From a virus: DNA of 64,000 nt. The translations under genes were made by a program, and so were the position numbers. The DNA lies in the IMG/VR virus record IMGVR_UViG_3300020430_000007, one strand, 5' to 3'. The notes under the pieces were generated by a model, which saw nothing but the letters and a program-made list of their open reading frames with translations, was not told where the DNA came from and made no database searches. Below are positions 1 through 11,025 of this stretch, in pieces. Within the stretch, counting starts at the first letter, position 1, and the number at the start of each line of letters is the position of its first letter.

Positions 1-3000
1 AGACACATAAGTTTTTGCCAGGTGAAAATATAAGAATATTTTCTGAGACAGGAGATTTACCTGATGGTATAGAATATAATAGAGATTATTTTGTTGTAAC
101 TGATGGTGTAAATACAAATCAAATCAAGGTTGCTACAACTTTCAATAACGCTATAGCAGGTAGTAATCTCATAGGTATAAACAACCTTGGTGGTAAGTTA
201 CGAATAGTTTCTACAGTTGAATCCAAAGATCCTGGCGATCCTGGTCACCCAATGCAGTATGAGGATGGAACTGGATGGTTCATCACAGTAGGTGCTGGTA
301 ACTCTCTTAGATCTGCAATAGTAACTAATCAATCTAAAATTACACCCAGAACAGTCAATACATTTGTCCAAAGAAGTTCTGACAATAGAAAAGATTTAGA
401 AAAAATTTATAGAGTAAGGTATGTGGTGCCTGATGATTCTACTTTAGCATCACCACCCACTAATGGTTTTTCTATTGCTGAATCTGGATCATTCCCTGAT
501 GATGTTAGCTACAAAAATGACTCTACAGTCATATCATCTACATCTAACCTAAGAATTGATAGTTTAATTGTTGATGCTAGTTGGAGTTCTGGATCTAATG
601 CAGGTATCATTACATCACAATTCCCACACAGATTATCTGTAGGACAGGGTGTAGAGATAAGAAGATTAAGAAGCACAAATAATACAGACGGAGTTGCAAA
701 CAATGGATATAATGGTTTATTTGATGTCTTAGCAATAGATGACGCTAGAACTTTTAGAATTGGAATTAATACAAATCCTGGCGGAATATCAACTATAACA
801 ACCAATGTTCCATACACTCTCCATGATCAATCAATTGTTGGATCAGGAAGAACTTTTGCTCCATTCTTCAACAAACGTGATTTTGGAACAGCATACCAAA
901 TTTATACAAATGAAGAGATACAAGAATACAAAAGGAACATTCAGGATGGTATATATGACATAACTTTATTATCATATCTAGCAAGACCTACAATATCACC
1001 GTTTTCAACTGCTTCAAATCTTTTCCCACAGAATGTAAACGACTTACGACCTAAGGTAAGTGTGGACAATCCTGTCGTTGATCCCAAATCAGCAGTGTCA
1101 TTTGCAAGAAGAGATGACATAGGTATTGTTCAGACAAATGATCCTGCTAATAGTATATCAAAAGAGGGTATAGAGTCATTCTTAGATAAGAGTAATCTTG
1201 GTATCGGCATAACAGGTGCAAGTGTCTCTGGTTCCGCACTTATATTGGATGGTGCAGTTGAACATGGATTCAATGCAATCTTAACTGTAACCGATCTCAA
1301 TGGTGGATCAAATTACACTCCGTCTACATCTTGGTTCAACGTAGATTTGATTGGTGGCACAGGTAAAGGTGCCACTGCTGATGTTACCGTTAATTCAGGC
1401 GGTGTCATAACGAGTATTGATATAAACAACCACGGTTCAGGTTACAGTGTCAATGATGTTGTGACTGTTAGAGGAGTGCCTTTTGCATCTTCAGGATCTG
1501 ATGCGACTGTTAGGATAGATGCTATCAACAATAATATTGGTGACGCTATTCAAGTTATCGGTGTTGGCAGTGACTCTTATAATGGTGTCTATAGAATAAC
1601 TGGTGTGGATGAGGCACAAAGAGTTTCTTATACTGGAAGTGCAAGTGATAGTAGTAGTGGCGGATTTATATACCACGTGGGTGTGTCCACTGCCATCAAC
1701 AATATAGAATATGACATAACAAGTGGTATTGCAACTGTCACTTTACACTCAGATATAGGTTTGAGAAGAGGTGATCAGATTGTTATCAATAATGCGAACA
1801 CAGAATTCAATGGCACATTCTTTATCACAGATAGAATTGGTTATGGATCTTCAGTAAATGTCAGCATGGGTGCTCTTGGTAGCACTCCTACGTTTAGTGG
1901 TGCCACTGCTTTTGCACATGGTGCTGGCATATCAGCAAGAGGTAATAATCAAACGATTCCAATATACGGTGGAGTCACCACACCTCTTACAACAGGTCTC
2001 ACCACAACCACATCCTCCATATCACTTCAAGAGAAGAGTTTACTCCGTAGAGGAGATTACTTACAAATTGAAGATGAAATTGTAAGAATATCAAATAAAG
2101 ATTGTAATTCAATTATAAGAGGTGTACTAGGCACAAATGCAACCAATCATGATAAGAATGTTGCAGCACAAAGAATAAAAATATTACCAGTTGAGTCTAG
2201 AAGATACTCTATTTTACGTGCATCTGGACACACTTTTGAGTATGTTGGGTTCGGACCTGGCAATTATTCAACTGCAATGCCATCTGCACAGGATAGGATA
2301 TTAACTGATGAGCAACAGTTAATCGCACAATCTGTTCAAACTAGGGGTGGATTGGTTGTCTATACAGGAATGAATGACAGGGGTGAATTTTATGTTGGAC
2401 GCAATAGAACTGATGCCGTAACTGGTGAGAGTAATAGCACAATAGATGAATTTGACACTGCACCCACAGGATCTTCACTCCCTAAATCTCTTCTACTCAA
2501 TTCTCTAACAACTGATGATTTAGCAATAAATGAAAACCTTTATAGTAATGGTAATACCGATGTTGTTGATCTAAAACTAAGAGGTAATAGAGAGGGAACA
2601 CAGGGAGTCGTATTCCTAGGTGTTCAATCATCAGAACCTATACAAACACAAGCACAGGATAACATATTATTTGCCACAAATCATACGCCAGGCGGATATA
2701 TTGGGTGGGTCAGAACCTCAGGAGTGGGAACTAACAGGTGGCAACAGTTCGGACCTATCTCTACTGAAAGTGGGGTTGAGGCGTACGCTTTTGAGAAGTT
2801 AGCGGTGGGTCAATCCTCTGTCGATTCAGGTGAGGTTCTAAGTGTCACTGGTAACGCAAGTGTAGATAGCATAAAAATTGACGATCTCACATCTGGTCGT
2901 TTAGTTCTTGTTGGCACTGATGGTGAATTGCAGGACAGTTCAAGTTTTACATGGTCAGGTTCTACACTTACTGCTCATACATTGTCAGTAACAAACGATA

Positions 3001-3779
3001 TCACAGTTGGTGGAGCAAGTTCGGTAACAGGTAATTCTTTTGTAGGTGGATCAATTACAGCAGAGGGCAATGTAAAATCATCTGGCGTATGCACCGCTAC
3101 AGCATTTGTAGGTAATGGTGTCATACCCATAGGTGGTATCATCATGTGGTCTGGAACTGATGGTAATATACCAGCAAACTGGCAATTATGTAATGGTACA
3201 AATGGAACACCGAATCTTATTGATAGATTTATAGTTGGTCGTGGTAATGCATATGCAGCAGACACAACTGGTGGTCAGACCGATTCGACTTTAGTAACAC
3301 ACGAGCATACAGTAAGCACGTTTATTAGTGATACAGGTCACTCTCATACCAATACATTAAGTGGAGGGGTTCACACTCACTCTAATACACTTGGAGGTGG
3401 AGATCACTCACACAGTGTAACGAGTTCTGCACACGATCACGGTATGAGTCATACTCATGCCTACAGTGCATCTGACGGGAATGAAAGTGTTACTACTTCA
3501 GGTGGTGCATCTAATGTTGGTAACGATGTGCAATCAGGAACAACAGGGGGGTCGAGCACATCATCCACTGATGAAACAACTGTCAGTTCTTTTGCTAACA
3601 CAAACAATGCAGATGTTACTATCACAAACGCTTCTGCTGATGCGGGTGTAAGCATAACAAATGTTTCCAATACAACTGGAATCGGTGTTACTGCTTCAAC
3701 TGATAGTCAGGGTTCTTCTGCAACAAATAAGAACCTACCTCCATATTATGCAATTGCGTATATTATGCGTATCAGTTGA
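1..3779 (+). CDS. Long tail fibre / virion structural protein with C-terminal tail-collar domain and HxH-rich needle (5'-truncated by window edge)
   Basis: Frame is open to the window start (THKFLPGENIR...). C-terminus has the collar motif IPIGGIIMWSG..NWQLCNGTNGTPNLIDRFIVG, ends NLPPYYAIAYIMRI, and carries six HxH motifs. Confidence 0.8.
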   Translation, partial: THKFLPGENIRIFSETGDLPDGIEYNRDYFVVTDGVNTNQIKVATTFNNAIAGSNLIGINNLGGKLRIVSTVESKDPGDPGHPMQYEDGTGWFITVGAGNSLRSAIVTNQSKITPRTVNTFVQRSSDNRKDLEKIYRVRYVVPDDSTLASPPTNGFSIAESGSFPDDVSYKNDSTVISSTSNLRIDSLIVDASWSSGSNAGIITSQFPHRLSVGQGVEIRRLRSTNNTDGVANNGYNGLFDVLAIDDARTFRIGINTNPGGISTITTNVPYTLHDQSIVGSGRTFAPFFNKRDFGTAYQIYTNEEIQEYKRNIQDGIYDITLLSYLARPTISPFSTASNLFPQNVNDLRPKVSVDNPVVDPKSAVSFARRDDIGIVQTNDPANSISKEGIESFLDKSNLGIGITGASVSGSALILDGAVEHGFNAILTVTDLNGGSNYTPSTSWFNVDLIGGTGKGATADVTVNSGGVITSIDINNHGSGYSVNDVVTVRGVPFASSGSDATVRIDAINNNIGDAIQVIGVGSDSYNGVYRITGVDEAQRVSYTGSASDSSSGGFIYHVGVSTAINNIEYDITSGIATVTLHSDIGLRRGDQIVINNANTEFNGTFFITDRIGYGSSVNVSMGALGSTPTFSGATAFAHGAGISARGNNQTIPIYGGVTTPLTTGLTTTTSSISLQEKSLLRRGDYLQIEDEIVRISNKDCNSIIRGVLGTNATNHDKNVAAQRIKILPVESRRYSILRASGHTFEYVGFGPGNYSTAMPSAQDRILTDEQQLIAQSVQTRGGLVVYTGMNDRGEFYVGRNRTDAVTGESNSTIDEFDTAPTGSSLPKSLLLNSLTTDDLAINENLYSNGNTDVVDLKLRGNREGTQGVVFLGVQSSEPIQTQAQDNILFATNHTPGGYIGWVRTSGVGTNRWQQFGPISTESGVEAYAFEKLAVGQSSVDSGEVLSVTGNASVDSIKIDDLTSGRLVLVGTDGELQDSSSFTWSGSTLTAHTLSVTNDITVGGASSVTGNSFVGGSITAEGNVKSSGVCTATAFVGNGVIPIGGIIMWSGTDGNIPANWQLCNGTNGTPNLIDRFIVGRGNAYAADTTGGQTDSTLVTHEHTVSTFISDTGHSHTNTLSGGVHTHSNTLGGGDHSHSVTSSAHDHGMSHTHAYSASDGNESVTTSGGASNVGNDVQSGTTGGSSTSSTDETTVSSFANTNNADVTITNASADAGVSITNVSNTTGIGVTASTDSQGSSATNKNLPPYYAIAYIMRIS

Positions 3780-3785
3780 TAAATA
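3780..3785 (+). promoter_or_regulatory. T4-type late promoter core (TAAATA)
   Basis: TAAATA directly after the upstream stop, ~25 nt before the next structural gene. Confidence 0.55.
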
Positions 3786-3809
3786 CACATACGACGGAGA
3801 AGTTAGTAG

Positions 3810-5831
3810 ATGTCCTCAGTAAATAAAAAGTTTGCTGTAGAAAAAGGTTTAGAGGTCGGTGATCAGGCTCTGATTGTCGATGCCGATAATAATCTCACAG
3901 GTATTGGTAAGACAGATGCCAAATTTGGTCTTGATGTCGCAACGACTGCCAATTTTGATGGTATTGTTGCAGCAGGTCAGGTAGGTATTGGCAGTACTCA
4001 ACCCCAAAGAAACTTAGATGTCATTGGTGCTGCCAGAGTTACGGGTCAACTTTATGACACAAACAATGCTGCTGGTAATAATCAAAACGTTCTAATATCT
4101 GTCGGCACAGGTATATCTTGGACAGACAACTTCCAAACTGCTGCTGATGGAACAGACTCCATACAATTTAAAAAATCAAATGCTAGGTTTGGTGGTGCAT
4201 CTAATTTTGTATTTGATCCTACAAATAAACGAGTAGGTATTGGTAGCACACTTCCAGAATACTTATTGCAAGTTGTACGTAACGGTAGTGATAGTGCAAA
4301 TGGTTTTGTTCAGATAGGTGGTACGTTCTTAGATAGCAATGCAACGATTGGTGTTGCAGCATCGATTCTTGCTGCTGATGCAAGTGGTGAGCTTATATGG
4401 GTAAGGAACACTGGTTCTCAAGTAAATAATATTTTATATGTAAGTGAAGAGGGTCATGACAGTAATGACGGATTGACTGAGGGTGCAGCAAAAAGAACTA
4501 TTGAGGGTGCTACAGCGATTGCAGTTGCAGGCAATGTGATAAGGGTATCTAGTGGTATATACACAGAAAATAATCCTGTAACAGTGCCAGCAAATGTCAC
4601 AATTGACGGGGATGAACTTAACAATACTCAGGTAGTGCCATCTAATGCAGGGGCAGACTTATTTGAGATGAACAATGGTTCAATGATACAGAACTTATCA
4701 TTTATTGGTGCTGCAAGCACTGGTTCAATGGTTTGCTTTGCCCCATCTGGAGTAGGAATAGTAACTCAATCTCCACTTATTAGAAATTGCACAAATTATG
4801 TTCCGAATAGTGTTGGGTTGAAGGTGGATGGTGATCACGCAGAGGGAGAGAAATCCATAACTGCTGATTCATATACAATGTACAATCAGGGTGGTATTGG
4901 TGTCACTGTCTCTAATGATGGTCATGCACAACTAAATTCAGTATACAGCATTTGTAATCAATCTGCTATCACTTGTGTTGCAGGAGCAACTGCAGATGTT
5001 CACAGTTCTGAGGCATCCTTTGGCACCTTTGGTCTTATTGCTTCTGGAGTGGGAACTGTTCATCAATCAGGCATTCTCACTGCTACCGTAACAACTAACA
5101 ACAATATTGTCAATGTTGCTAACTTAACTCAGAGACCTTTTGCTGGTCAGGTATTATATTTGGGCGAATTATTTAATGAAGTAACAAGTATTTCTATAAC
5201 TTCTGCTGGATCAGGGTATACTGCGACGAATCCACCAACTGTAACTTTTGGTGATCCGTCAGGAACAAATGGTATAACTGCTGAAGGTAGTGCTGTTATA
5301 AGCGGGTTTGGTTCTATTACCTCGATAAAAATTACGGGTAAAGGATCACAATATCGGTCTGCACCAGCTGTGACTATTTCAGCTCCTTCGTCGGGAGTCA
5401 CAGCTACTGCAACCGCTTCATTATCTCCTACCTATCATACTATAAATAGTGCGACCCCCGTCGTATCTGGTATTTCTACAATTACTTTAGATAAGTCTGT
5501 GCCTGCAACGGTGGGAGTAGGATCAACAGTTCCATTTGCTAAACAATCATTTATCAACGCTTCATCATATATTTTTGAGCATGTTGGTTCAGGTTTAGCG
5601 ATTGACTCTGCCCGACCTATAAAAGGAGGTGTCTCTGTTCCTGAAAACCAAACTAAATCAGAATTAGGAGGTAAAATTATTTACTCATCGACTGATGAGA
5701 AAGGTAATTTAAAATTAGGAGACAATTTTGTTATCAACCAACAAACAGGAAAAATTACTGGTGACACTTTTGACAAGAATGTACAGTCAACACTTACACC
5801 ACTACTAATAGCATTAGGAGGAAATTTATAA
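3810..5831 (+). CDS. Tail fibre/spike-like structural protein with beta-helix (pectin lyase-like) region
   Basis: VGIGSTQP fibre repeats, ILYVSEEGHDSNDG..AKRTI motif typical of beta-helix starts, GSGY repeats, located in the fibre module. Confidence 0.65.
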   Translation: MSSVNKKFAVEKGLEVGDQALIVDADNNLTGIGKTDAKFGLDVATTANFDGIVAAGQVGIGSTQPQRNLDVIGAARVTGQLYDTNNAAGNNQNVLISVGTGISWTDNFQTAADGTDSIQFKKSNARFGGASNFVFDPTNKRVGIGSTLPEYLLQVVRNGSDSANGFVQIGGTFLDSNATIGVAASILAADASGELIWVRNTGSQVNNILYVSEEGHDSNDGLTEGAAKRTIEGATAIAVAGNVIRVSSGIYTENNPVTVPANVTIDGDELNNTQVVPSNAGADLFEMNNGSMIQNLSFIGAASTGSMVCFAPSGVGIVTQSPLIRNCTNYVPNSVGLKVDGDHAEGEKSITADSYTMYNQGGIGVTVSNDGHAQLNSVYSICNQSAITCVAGATADVHSSEASFGTFGLIASGVGTVHQSGILTATVTTNNNIVNVANLTQRPFAGQVLYLGELFNEVTSISITSAGSGYTATNPPTVTFGDPSGTNGITAEGSAVISGFGSITSIKITGKGSQYRSAPAVTISAPSSGVTATATASLSPTYHTINSATPVVSGISTITLDKSVPATVGVGSTVPFAKQSFINASSYIFEHVGSGLAIDSARPIKGGVSVPENQTKSELGGKIIYSSTDEKGNLKLGDNFVINQQTGKITGDTFDKNVQSTLTPLLIALGGNL

Positions 5832-5832
5832 A

Positions 5833-6171
5833 ATGACAGCAACTCCAACAAATCAATTCAAGACTGTCACACACACTGTAACCACCAGTGCGGTTGGAAT
5901 CTATACATGTCCTGCGGGAATTTCTGCATTGGTCATTTATGGTAATGTAGCAAATGTCGGCACATCATCCTCAGTAACTGCTTTTACTGCAACTCTAAGT
6001 AGAGATTCAGTTGACACTCCCATAGTTCAACTAGCAAGGATTCCACACCAAGACTCAATGACATTTATTGAGGGTAGACTAGCACTTGAATCTGGCGATA
6101 TCCTAAAAATTCAGGGTGATTTTGATAATACACAGAAATGCATAGTTAGTATACTGGAGAACGCTAAGTAA
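5833..6171 (+). CDS. Small virion structural protein (tail-fibre associated)
   Basis: 112 aa all-beta ORF (IYTCPAG...LALESGDILKI) tightly packed between fibre genes. Confidence 0.6.
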   Translation: MTATPTNQFKTVTHTVTTSAVGIYTCPAGISALVIYGNVANVGTSSSVTAFTATLSRDSVDTPIVQLARIPHQDSMTFIEGRLALESGDILKIQGDFDNTQKCIVSILENAK

Positions 6172-7994
6172 TGGGAAGACTTCTTTCAGGCAGAGTTGGT
6201 GTTACCAGCTACTCAGGTTTATCTACGTTTAGAAAACAGACAGATGGTTTTCCATCATTTCTTGGTCTGGAAGAGACTGAACCTAATTTAGGGTTACCAG
6301 GTAATAATGACTATATGTTGATGGGTGACATCGACGGTACTCGTCGTTGGGAAGAAAAATATTTTACTGGAATTGGTACTATAAATGGTTTAGATGTTCA
6401 GGTTGAGGGTGTTACTCCAACTGGATTTGCTGGATCAATTACTAAGTTTAACTTTACAGGTAATCAAGTACACGTTGAACAAACAAAACAAACATTTAGT
6501 GGAAATGAGATAGGTGTTGCTACTATAACTCTGAATAGAACACCATTTGATTTTCAAGATAAGGCAGGATTCACGCCAATAACAGGTGTTACAACAATAA
6601 GAGTTGGTTTAGGATTATCATTTAGAGAATTACCAGTAGGTGACACAAACTCAGGTATTGTATCAATATTTGCAGAAACCTCTGGTAAAATTCAGACCCA
6701 AGATAGTTCTGGTAATGTAGCGTTTTCGGAAGTAGATACATTACGTATTGGTGCTGGTCTTACAATCTCCCAACCCTCTGCTGGAGTTGCATCAATAAGT
6801 CCGACAGGAGACTTCTCATACGTAAACGTAAGTATAGCAAGCACACTTGGTGCTGCTGAGGGCGTGTTTACAGGACCTTTGACTGGAAATGTCACTGGTA
6901 ACCTTACTGGTGATGTAACTGGTAATGTCACAGGTGATGTGACAGGAGATCTTACAGGTAACTCATCAGGAACTCACACTGGGGCAGTTGTGGGTGATGT
7001 GACTGGTAATCTATCAGGTAATGTAACTGGAGATACTTTGAACATGAGTGGTATTGCAACAGCGATATCATTCAAAGGATCGTTGCATTCATCTGGGATA
7101 TCAACTGCCATTATTCTAAAAAGTGATAATGTTGATGCCACTGGTATTATAACTGCTGCAGGTGGTTTTGTTGGTAATATTAATGGCGATGTTACTGGTA
7201 AAGTGACGGGCGATTTATACTCTGTAGGATTCTCAACTGCATCAATTTTTGACGCAGTTAGAATAGTCGTTAGCGATCAAATAGATTGCGATGGACTAAA
7301 ATCTACTGGTATTATAACCGCCACAAGTTTTGATGGTGCATTTGCTGGAGCAGCAAGCAGTATAACAGTCTCAACTGAAAATTCTGACACTACAAACTAT
7401 GTCGTTTTTGTCAACGATGTAAACGGTGACTATGTAGCAAAGGTTAATACGGCACTTAGATATGATGCTCAAAATAGCACATTACATGCCACAGAGTTTT
7501 CAGGGTCTGGTTTGTCACTAACTGATATTCCTGGCAGTGCCATAACAGGGGCATTGAATGCTACAACTATTACTCTTACTGCAACAAATACCACCAATGC
7601 ATCTCATTTTATTACCTTTACTGACTCTGCTACAGGTGATGAAGTAATAAGAACAGACACCTCCCTTACTTATAATCCAAGCTCAAATACACTAACTGCT
7701 GCCACGTTTGCAGGTGACGCAACAGGATTAACTGGCACTCCGTCTATATCAGTTGGTGCTATTACTGCTGCTGGTAATATAATTCCATCAGCTCACTCAA
7801 CATATAATCTTGGGTCAAACTCTGTAAGATGGAATAACATATATACCATGGACATGCATTTTTCTAATGAAGGAAGTAAAAATGATGTAGATGGAACTTG
7901 GGGAGATTGGACACTACAAGAGGGTGATGAGAATATATTCATGAAAAATAATCGGACAGGTAAGAGATACAAGATAAACCTAACAGAAGTATAA
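6171..7994 (+). CDS. Tail fibre protein with G(N/D)(V/L)T repeats
   Basis: Runs of GNVTGNLTGDVT repeats; C-terminal VDGTWGDWTLQEG..NNRTGKRYK motif shared with the next gene. Confidence 0.75.
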   Translation: MGRLLSGRVGVTSYSGLSTFRKQTDGFPSFLGLEETEPNLGLPGNNDYMLMGDIDGTRRWEEKYFTGIGTINGLDVQVEGVTPTGFAGSITKFNFTGNQVHVEQTKQTFSGNEIGVATITLNRTPFDFQDKAGFTPITGVTTIRVGLGLSFRELPVGDTNSGIVSIFAETSGKIQTQDSSGNVAFSEVDTLRIGAGLTISQPSAGVASISPTGDFSYVNVSIASTLGAAEGVFTGPLTGNVTGNLTGDVTGNVTGDVTGDLTGNSSGTHTGAVVGDVTGNLSGNVTGDTLNMSGIATAISFKGSLHSSGISTAIILKSDNVDATGIITAAGGFVGNINGDVTGKVTGDLYSVGFSTASIFDAVRIVVSDQIDCDGLKSTGIITATSFDGAFAGAASSITVSTENSDTTNYVVFVNDVNGDYVAKVNTALRYDAQNSTLHATEFSGSGLSLTDIPGSAITGALNATTITLTATNTTNASHFITFTDSATGDEVIRTDTSLTYNPSSNTLTAATFAGDATGLTGTPSISVGAITAAGNIIPSAHSTYNLGSNSVRWNNIYTMDMHFSNEGSKNDVDGTWGDWTLQEGDENIFMKNNRTGKRYKINLTEV

Positions 7995-7997
7995 ATA
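7990..7997 (+). promoter_or_regulatory. T4 late promoter TATAAATA
   Basis: Exact consensus overlapping the upstream stop, 32 nt before the ATG at 8030. Confidence 0.75.
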
Positions 7998-8029
7998 CCA
8001 AAGATAGGAATTTCTAATAGTGTAGCGTT

Positions 8030-10999
8030 ATGTCAAGAGCTAGAGAGTTAGCCAAGGTTGGTGGACTACAACAAACAATATCTGGAGTTAGTACTCACGT
8101 TGGTATCTCTACCTTTGCTTCCGATGTCTTCATACTAGGTAAGTTAGATATTACAGGTGATCTCGGATTTGACGAGATGACTGCGGTAAACTCTAAAATA
8201 ACTGGAGTATCAACAGCACAGGATTTAGTTGTCAGTAGAAACTTAAGTGTTTCAGGACTGTCCACATTTAGTGGACTGTTGAAGGTGGACGGTGCAGCAA
8301 TAGAGGCAGCATCTGCCAAGATAAGTGATCTAACAAATAATAGAGTTGTCATAGCAGGGACATCTGGAGAATTAGAAGATGATGCAAATCTTACATTTGA
8401 CAGTGCTGTTCTAACCGTCACTGGGTCAACCAACACAACTGTAAGGTCAACTACATTAGATCTTGACGTAACAAGAAATGTGGATATAGCAGGTATAGCA
8501 ACAATAACAGGCAATATAGATGCCAATGGTGCGTTGGATGTTGACGGTCAGACAGATCTAGATGTGCTCAATGTTTCTGACGTTTCTGCATTTACTGGTG
8601 CCATCACAGCAAATGGTGGTGTTGTTGGTGATTTGACTGGTAACACCGCAGGATCACACACTGGGGCAGTTGATCTTAATGGTGGCGTTCTTACGCTGGA
8701 CGCTGACGCTGACACTACCATAACTGCTGACACAGACGATCAAATAGACATTGCTTTTGGTGGTAATGATAGAATCACGCTGGCAACTGGTTTGATTGAT
8801 CTAAAAAATGACGGATCTCAGTCAGCACTAAGGTTATATTGTGAGAGTTCTAACGCACATTATGCTGCACTTCAAGCACCTGCACACTCTGCTTTTTCAG
8901 GTAACGTAACAGTAACATTACCAGCGACTACAGATACATTGGTTGGTAGAGATACAACTGACACTCTTACAAATAAAACTCTAACATCTCCCACAATCAC
9001 AGGAACAGGGGCGATTGCAGGAACATTTACTGGTAACCTGACAGGTAATGCGTCGGGGTCATCAGGTTCTTGTACTGGTAACTCTGCCACTGCAACTGAG
9101 GCAACTAACATTACTGTCACTGCTAATAATAGCACAGATGAGACAGTGTATCCATTGTTTGTAGATGGTGCAACTGGAACTCAAGGTGCAGAGACAGACA
9201 CAGGTCTATCATACAATCCTTCAAGTGGTGTCTTATCAGCAACCACGTTCAGTGGAGCATTGAGTGGTGCACTTACAGGTAATGTCACAGGTAATATAAG
9301 TGGTAATCAATCAGGTGGTACAGTTTCTGCAACATCTGCTGCTATCGCTGACTTAACTGCACAAAGAGTTGTCATCGCTGGCACATCTGGAGAACTAGAG
9401 GATTCTTCAAATCTAACATTCAATGGATCTTTATTGAATGTAATTGGTGCCATAACTGCTAGTGGAGCAATCACAGGTGATCTTACTGGTGATGTGACAG
9501 GTAACGTAACGGGTAATGTTACAGGTGCAGCGTCTAAGATCACAGTCGCTGACGAATCCACTGACACCACTTGTTTCCCAGTATTTGTAACCGCAGCTAC
9601 TGGTAATAGAAGTCCAGCAACAGGTAGTAACCTCACATTTAACTCTAATGATGGTACGTTATCTACCACTAACCTGACTCTAACAGGTAACTTAACTGTA
9701 CAAGGTTCTACCACAACGGTTGAATCTAGCACCATGACCGTTACTGATAAGAACATAACGATTGCTAGATCTGCTGCTAACGATGCTGCTGCTGACGGTG
9801 CTGGAATTACAGTTGACTCTGCAGAGGGTGCAAAGACATGGAATTGGGTAGATGCCTCTGATTCATGGACATCATCTGAACACATAGACCTAGCAAATGG
9901 TAAGGTTCTAAAGCATAATACCGCAACTATTCTATCAGAGACTACACTTGGATCAAGTGTTGTAAACAGTTCACTAACCTCTGTTGGAACCATAGCAACT
10001 GGTACATGGCAAGGTACAGCAATCAATGACAGCTACATTGGTACAATCAACAATGCTGACAAGGTAGCACTAAGTGCTCTTGACATTGACGGTGGCACAG
10101 ACATAAACGCTGCTATCACGGACGCAGATCTGTTTATTTGTGATGATGGTGGTGCTGGAACTAATAGAAAGGTAGCTGCGTCCAGATTAAAGACTTACTT
10201 GGGAATTGGTGCTGGTGCGTCAGATATTGATAACCTTGATATTGACGGTGGTACTGACATTGGTGCTAACCTCGCTGACGCTGATCTATTCATTGTTGAT
10301 GATGGTGCTGGTGGCACAAATAGAAAACTCGCAGCATCTAGAATCAAAACTTATGTTGCTGACATAACACTAACAACTGCAGCACAAACCGCAATCACGA
10401 GTGTTGGTACATTGGCATCACTTGACATCAGTGGTGCATTAGATGTGGATGGTGCTACCACCTTAGACGGATTGACTGTCTCTGAGGCATCTACTTTCAC
10501 TGGTGAGATAACTGCGAATGGTGGACTCGCTGGTAACGTGACTGGTAATGTATCTGGTTCATCTGGATCATGTACTGGTACTGCAGCGATAGCAACAAGT
10601 GTTACTGCGACTGCCAACAACTCAACCGATGAGACAGTATATCTTACTTTTGTTGATGGGGCGACTGGAACACAAGGAGTTGAGACAGACACAGGTCTAT
10701 CATATAATCCAAGTTCAGGAACCATAACAACCACAGCGATTGGTGCTCACAGTGTTACAGGAACATTGACAACTCAGGCAATTATCCCTGATGGTGATGG
10801 TACAAGAGACCTTGGTGCATCTGGCACTAGATTTGCTAATATCTACAGTTCTGACGTAGATTTGAGCAATGAAGCTAGAGGTGGTAACACAGTTGATGGC
10901 ACATGGGGTTCTTATCTTATAGAAGAGGGTGAGAACGATTTGTTCTTGAAAAATAGAAGAACTGGTAAGCAATACAAGTTCTGTCTTCAAGAAGTATAA
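8030..10999 (+). CDS. Long tail fibre protein with internal duplicated modules
   Basis: MSRARELA start, G(N/D)VT repeats, duplicated LDIDGGTDI..GTNRK and GSSGSCTG..LSYNPSSG modules, C-terminal VDGTWGSYLIEEG..NRRTGKQYK. Confidence 0.75.
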   Translation: MSRARELAKVGGLQQTISGVSTHVGISTFASDVFILGKLDITGDLGFDEMTAVNSKITGVSTAQDLVVSRNLSVSGLSTFSGLLKVDGAAIEAASAKISDLTNNRVVIAGTSGELEDDANLTFDSAVLTVTGSTNTTVRSTTLDLDVTRNVDIAGIATITGNIDANGALDVDGQTDLDVLNVSDVSAFTGAITANGGVVGDLTGNTAGSHTGAVDLNGGVLTLDADADTTITADTDDQIDIAFGGNDRITLATGLIDLKNDGSQSALRLYCESSNAHYAALQAPAHSAFSGNVTVTLPATTDTLVGRDTTDTLTNKTLTSPTITGTGAIAGTFTGNLTGNASGSSGSCTGNSATATEATNITVTANNSTDETVYPLFVDGATGTQGAETDTGLSYNPSSGVLSATTFSGALSGALTGNVTGNISGNQSGGTVSATSAAIADLTAQRVVIAGTSGELEDSSNLTFNGSLLNVIGAITASGAITGDLTGDVTGNVTGNVTGAASKITVADESTDTTCFPVFVTAATGNRSPATGSNLTFNSNDGTLSTTNLTLTGNLTVQGSTTTVESSTMTVTDKNITIARSAANDAAADGAGITVDSAEGAKTWNWVDASDSWTSSEHIDLANGKVLKHNTATILSETTLGSSVVNSSLTSVGTIATGTWQGTAINDSYIGTINNADKVALSALDIDGGTDINAAITDADLFICDDGGAGTNRKVAASRLKTYLGIGAGASDIDNLDIDGGTDIGANLADADLFIVDDGAGGTNRKLAASRIKTYVADITLTTAAQTAITSVGTLASLDISGALDVDGATTLDGLTVSEASTFTGEITANGGLAGNVTGNVSGSSGSCTGTAAIATSVTATANNSTDETVYLTFVDGATGTQGVETDTGLSYNPSSGTITTTAIGAHSVTGTLTTQAIIPDGDGTRDLGASGTRFANIYSSDVDLSNEARGGNTVDGTWGSYLIEEGENDLFLKNRRTGKQYKFCLQEV

Positions 11000-11002
11000 A
11001 TA
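10995..11002 (+). promoter_or_regulatory. T4 late promoter TATAAATA
   Basis: Exact consensus, followed by an AGGAG Shine-Dalgarno and the ATG at 11026. Confidence 0.75.
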
Positions 11003-11025
11003 ACAAAGTAGGAGACTAAGACGAA

